DNA from: Clostridium sp. | GTDB taxonomy: Bacteria; Bacillota; Clostridia; Clostridiales; Clostridiaceae | Direction of reading: 5' to 3' | NCBI GenBank assembly: GCA_030626065.1 | Contig: DAOUPR010000001.1 | Coordinates: forward strand, 1 to 62,161 | Length of the DNA stretch: 62,161 nt | Part shown: piece after piece, positions 60,857 through 62,161 of the stretch | Layout of the letters: each line of letters begins with the position of its first letter | Position numbering within the stretch: position 1 is the first letter of the stretch | Program-made: the position numbers and the translations under genes | Notes under the pieces: model-generated | What the model saw: the letters and a program-made list of their open reading frames with translations, nothing else | What the model was told of the DNA's origin: nothing | Database searches by the model: none

Positions 60857-61330
60857 ATGAATTCAATTATTGTACTTTTATTATTAGGTCTTGTTGTTTT
60901 AATCACACATTTTTTAGAAGGAGTTACCGGATTTGGTTGTACTATTATTGCTATGCCCTTTGCAATTCTCTTAGTAGGCATAGATATAGCAAAACCCGTT
61001 CTAACCGTTATGGGATTACTTTTAACATTATATGTAGTTATTATTTCTTATAAACATATACTTTGGAAACAATACTTTACAATTCTATTTTATATGCTAA
61101 TCGGTATGCCTTTAGGTTTACTAGCCTTCAACAAACTCCCAAAAGATTTATTGATAATGATATTAGCCTTTTTTATGATTTTTCTATCTATTAAAGGTTT
61201 ATTCACTATTTACAAACCGAAGAAAAGCGCAAAAATATCATTAATGGCGTTTTAACTCCAGAAATTACAAGTACAACCTTGTATATGCTGCTATTTTTAT
61301 GCTGGTTTAAAATATACTGTTATATTTTAA
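60857..61330 (+). pseudogene. TauE/SafE exporter (SftE-like), truncated by internal deletion/frameshift
   Basis: EGVTGFG TauE motif; ORF stops at 132 aa; another frame continues KNIINGVLTPEITSTTLYMLLFL. Confidence 0.7.
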
Positions 61331-61334
61331 AATC

Positions 61335-61375
61335 CAAAAGAGAACCTTCTCAAATCTCGAAGGTTCTCTTTTGGG
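61335..61375. terminator. Bidirectional terminator
   Basis: CCAAAAGAGAACCTTC...GAAGGTTCTCTTTTGG. Confidence 0.75.
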
Positions 61376-61418
61376 TTTAATCATATCATAATAAATTTTA
61401 TAGTTTTGTCACATTTGA

Positions 61419-61454
61419 TGCCTAGCACTTCTTTGGCCTTTGGTGCCAGGCACC
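61419..61454. repeat. REP-like GTGCCWGGCAC doublet, copy 2
   Basis: TGCCTAGCAC-N14-GTGCCAGGCACC. Confidence 0.6.
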
Positions 61455-61469
61455 TTTTCGGGCATTCTG

Positions 61470-62161
61470 TTACTTTGCTATTTCTTTAATAGCTTTAGCT
61501 GCCTTAAGTACATCTTCTTCATTATTAAAATATCCAAAACTCATTCTTACAGTACCACTTTCCAAAGTTCCAATAGTTCTATGAGCAAGTGGTGCACAAT
61601 GCAATCCAGAACGAGTACAAATATCAAACTCATAGTCTAACCTATATGCTGTTTCAGAGGAATCCATACCTTGAATATTAAAAGATATAACAGCTCCCTG
61701 TCTATATGTATCCCCTACACCGTATACTATTACTCCATCTATTTTTTTAAGCTCATCAAGCATAAGTTTTGTTAATTTTGCTTCATGTTGTCTTATTTTA
61801 GTAGGTGTAGTTTTCATTACAAATTCAATACCAGCACCCAAACCTACAATACCTGGAGTATTTAAAGTTCCGCTCTCATAATAGTCCGGCATAATAGTTG
61901 GTTGTACTACTTCTTCAGATTTACTTCCTGTTCCACCTTCCTTAAAAGATTTCAAAGTTAATCCTTCTCTTATATATAAAAGACCTGTCCCTTGTGGTCC
62001 CATTAGCCCTTTATGTCCAGCCATTGCAAGCAAATCAATTCCCATCTCAACTACATCAATATCATAAACACCTGCTGTTTGAGATGCATCTACCATAAAT
62101 AATAAATTGTGATTTTTGCATATTTCACTAACTTCTTTTATAGGTAAAATTGTTCCTGTTA
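61470..62161 (-). CDS. Class V PLP cysteine desulfurase / selenocysteine lyase-like enzyme (5' end outside window)
   Basis: DASQTAG, GHKGLMGPQG, ESGT, RSGLHCAP; frame is open to the window edge. Confidence 0.88.
   Translation of the reverse strand, partial: TGTILPIKEVSEICKNHNLLFMVDASQTAGVYDIDVVEMGIDLLAMAGHKGLMGPQGTGLLYIREGLTLKSFKEGGTGSKSEEVVQPTIMPDYYESGTLNTPGIVGLGAGIEFVMKTTPTKIRQHEAKLTKLMLDELKKIDGVIVYGVGDTYRQGAVISFNIQGMDSSETAYRLDYEFDICTRSGLHCAPLAHRTIGTLESGTVRMSFGYFNNEEDVLKAAKAIKEIAK

Noticed and set aside
290-61640. Many short antisense or overlapping ORFs in the track (e.g. 290..643, 5386..5784, 7635..8159, 42376..43083, 60028..60387)
   Set aside because: Shadows of well-supported genes on the opposite strand; no RBS or recognisable motifs

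Overview
AT-rich chromosomal window from a Clostridia-type anaerobe. Left to right it holds: a SAM-I-controlled metNI transporter start; a complete Stickland D-proline reductase operon (prdC-prdA-small ORF-prdB-prdF-permease-prdD-prdE) under sigma-54/PrdR control, next to the selenocysteine machinery (selD-selA-selB-tRNA-Sec), with three in-frame UGA-Sec genes (prdB, prdC, selD) that the ORF track splits; a LysR; hutP plus an amino-acid ABC transporter whose leader has UAG repeats and an attenuator; a MarR-controlled ABC exporter; two Crp/Fnr regulators with a flavodiiron protein; selU; a LacI sugar-ABC/GH43 locus with a deleted GH1 gene; a Tad/Flp pilus operon under a GEMM-I (c-di-GMP-I type, A20 variant) riboswitch; a tandem chemoreceptor duplication; and a sulfoquinovose transaldolase (SFT) locus with intact enzymes but broken importer and exporter. 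The most striking unexplained signal is a family of seven intergenic composite palindromic elements: two inverted structured hairpins with covarying stems, flanked by variable heptamer arrays. A second, smaller GTGCCWGGCAC doublet family is also present. All calls come from reading the sequence and recognising protein motifs; no searches were run.
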